Below are positions 63,852 to 64,000 of a stretch of 64,000 bases of DNA, in pieces (the stretch's first letter is position 1; each line of letters begins with the position of its first letter). The DNA lies in the IMG/VR virus record IMGVR_UViG_3300037878_000134, positions 16,139 through 80,138 of that record. One strand, 5' to 3'. A program made the position numbers and the translations under genes. The notes below the pieces were generated by a model. It worked only from the letters and a program-made list of their open reading frames with translations. It did no database searches and was not told the origin of the DNA. This stretch comes from a virus. Taxonomy: Duplodnaviria; Caudoviricetes.

Positions 63852-64000
63852 ATGGCACAACCAGCAAAGAGCCGAGTCACCCTGGATACCAGCGCGGTTC
63901 CGCAAGATCCCGTGGCCGCGGTGGCCATGACCGCCGAGCAATTGGCGGCCGTTGGCAAGACACCGACGCCAGCTGCGCCCGCCCCTGCGCCGGCGGCCCC
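63852..64000 (+). CDS. Next structural-region gene, 3'-truncated by the window edge
   Basis: RBS GAAAGGA, ATG at 63852, MAQPAKSRVTLDT... open to the edge. Confidence 0.6.
   Translation, partial: MAQPAKSRVTLDTSAVPQDPVAAVAMTAEQLAAVGKTPTPAAPAPAPAA

Overview
All 64 kb look like part of one high-GC tailed temperate phage or prophage, with almost every gene on the + strand. The host is probably Myxococcota-like; that is an inference from Cys-rich lipoproteins and an SspB-type gene. Module order: tail/fibre genes (1-10.2 kb); lysis and accessory genes (10.2-15 kb: C1A cysteine protease, sigma-70 factor, RusA-like resolvase, M15 endolysin); early recombination genes (15-21 kb); an IS1595-family element with cargo (21428-23394, 8-bp TSD); a tyrosine integrase preceded by an internally deleted copy of itself; tRNA(CAT); replication genes with iterons; several DNA methyltransferases; then terminase, portal, head-morphogenesis, scaffold and major capsid genes (44.8-62.8 kb). 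Two things stand out. (1) A single Cas12m-like (type V-U1/V-M) effector with an apparently intact D-E-D RuvC triad is served by four co-oriented CRISPR arrays of one 36-nt repeat family (38 repeats) scattered across different phage modules. The repeats diverge in sequence but keep their stem by compensatory changes, and there is no cas1/cas2 in the window. (2) A roughly 480-nt intergenic region just after the capsid gene and an HNH gene contains five C(UUCG)G hairpins and several pseudoknot-type pairings, consistent with an unannotated large structured RNA. All family assignments come from motif recognition by eye, not database searches.
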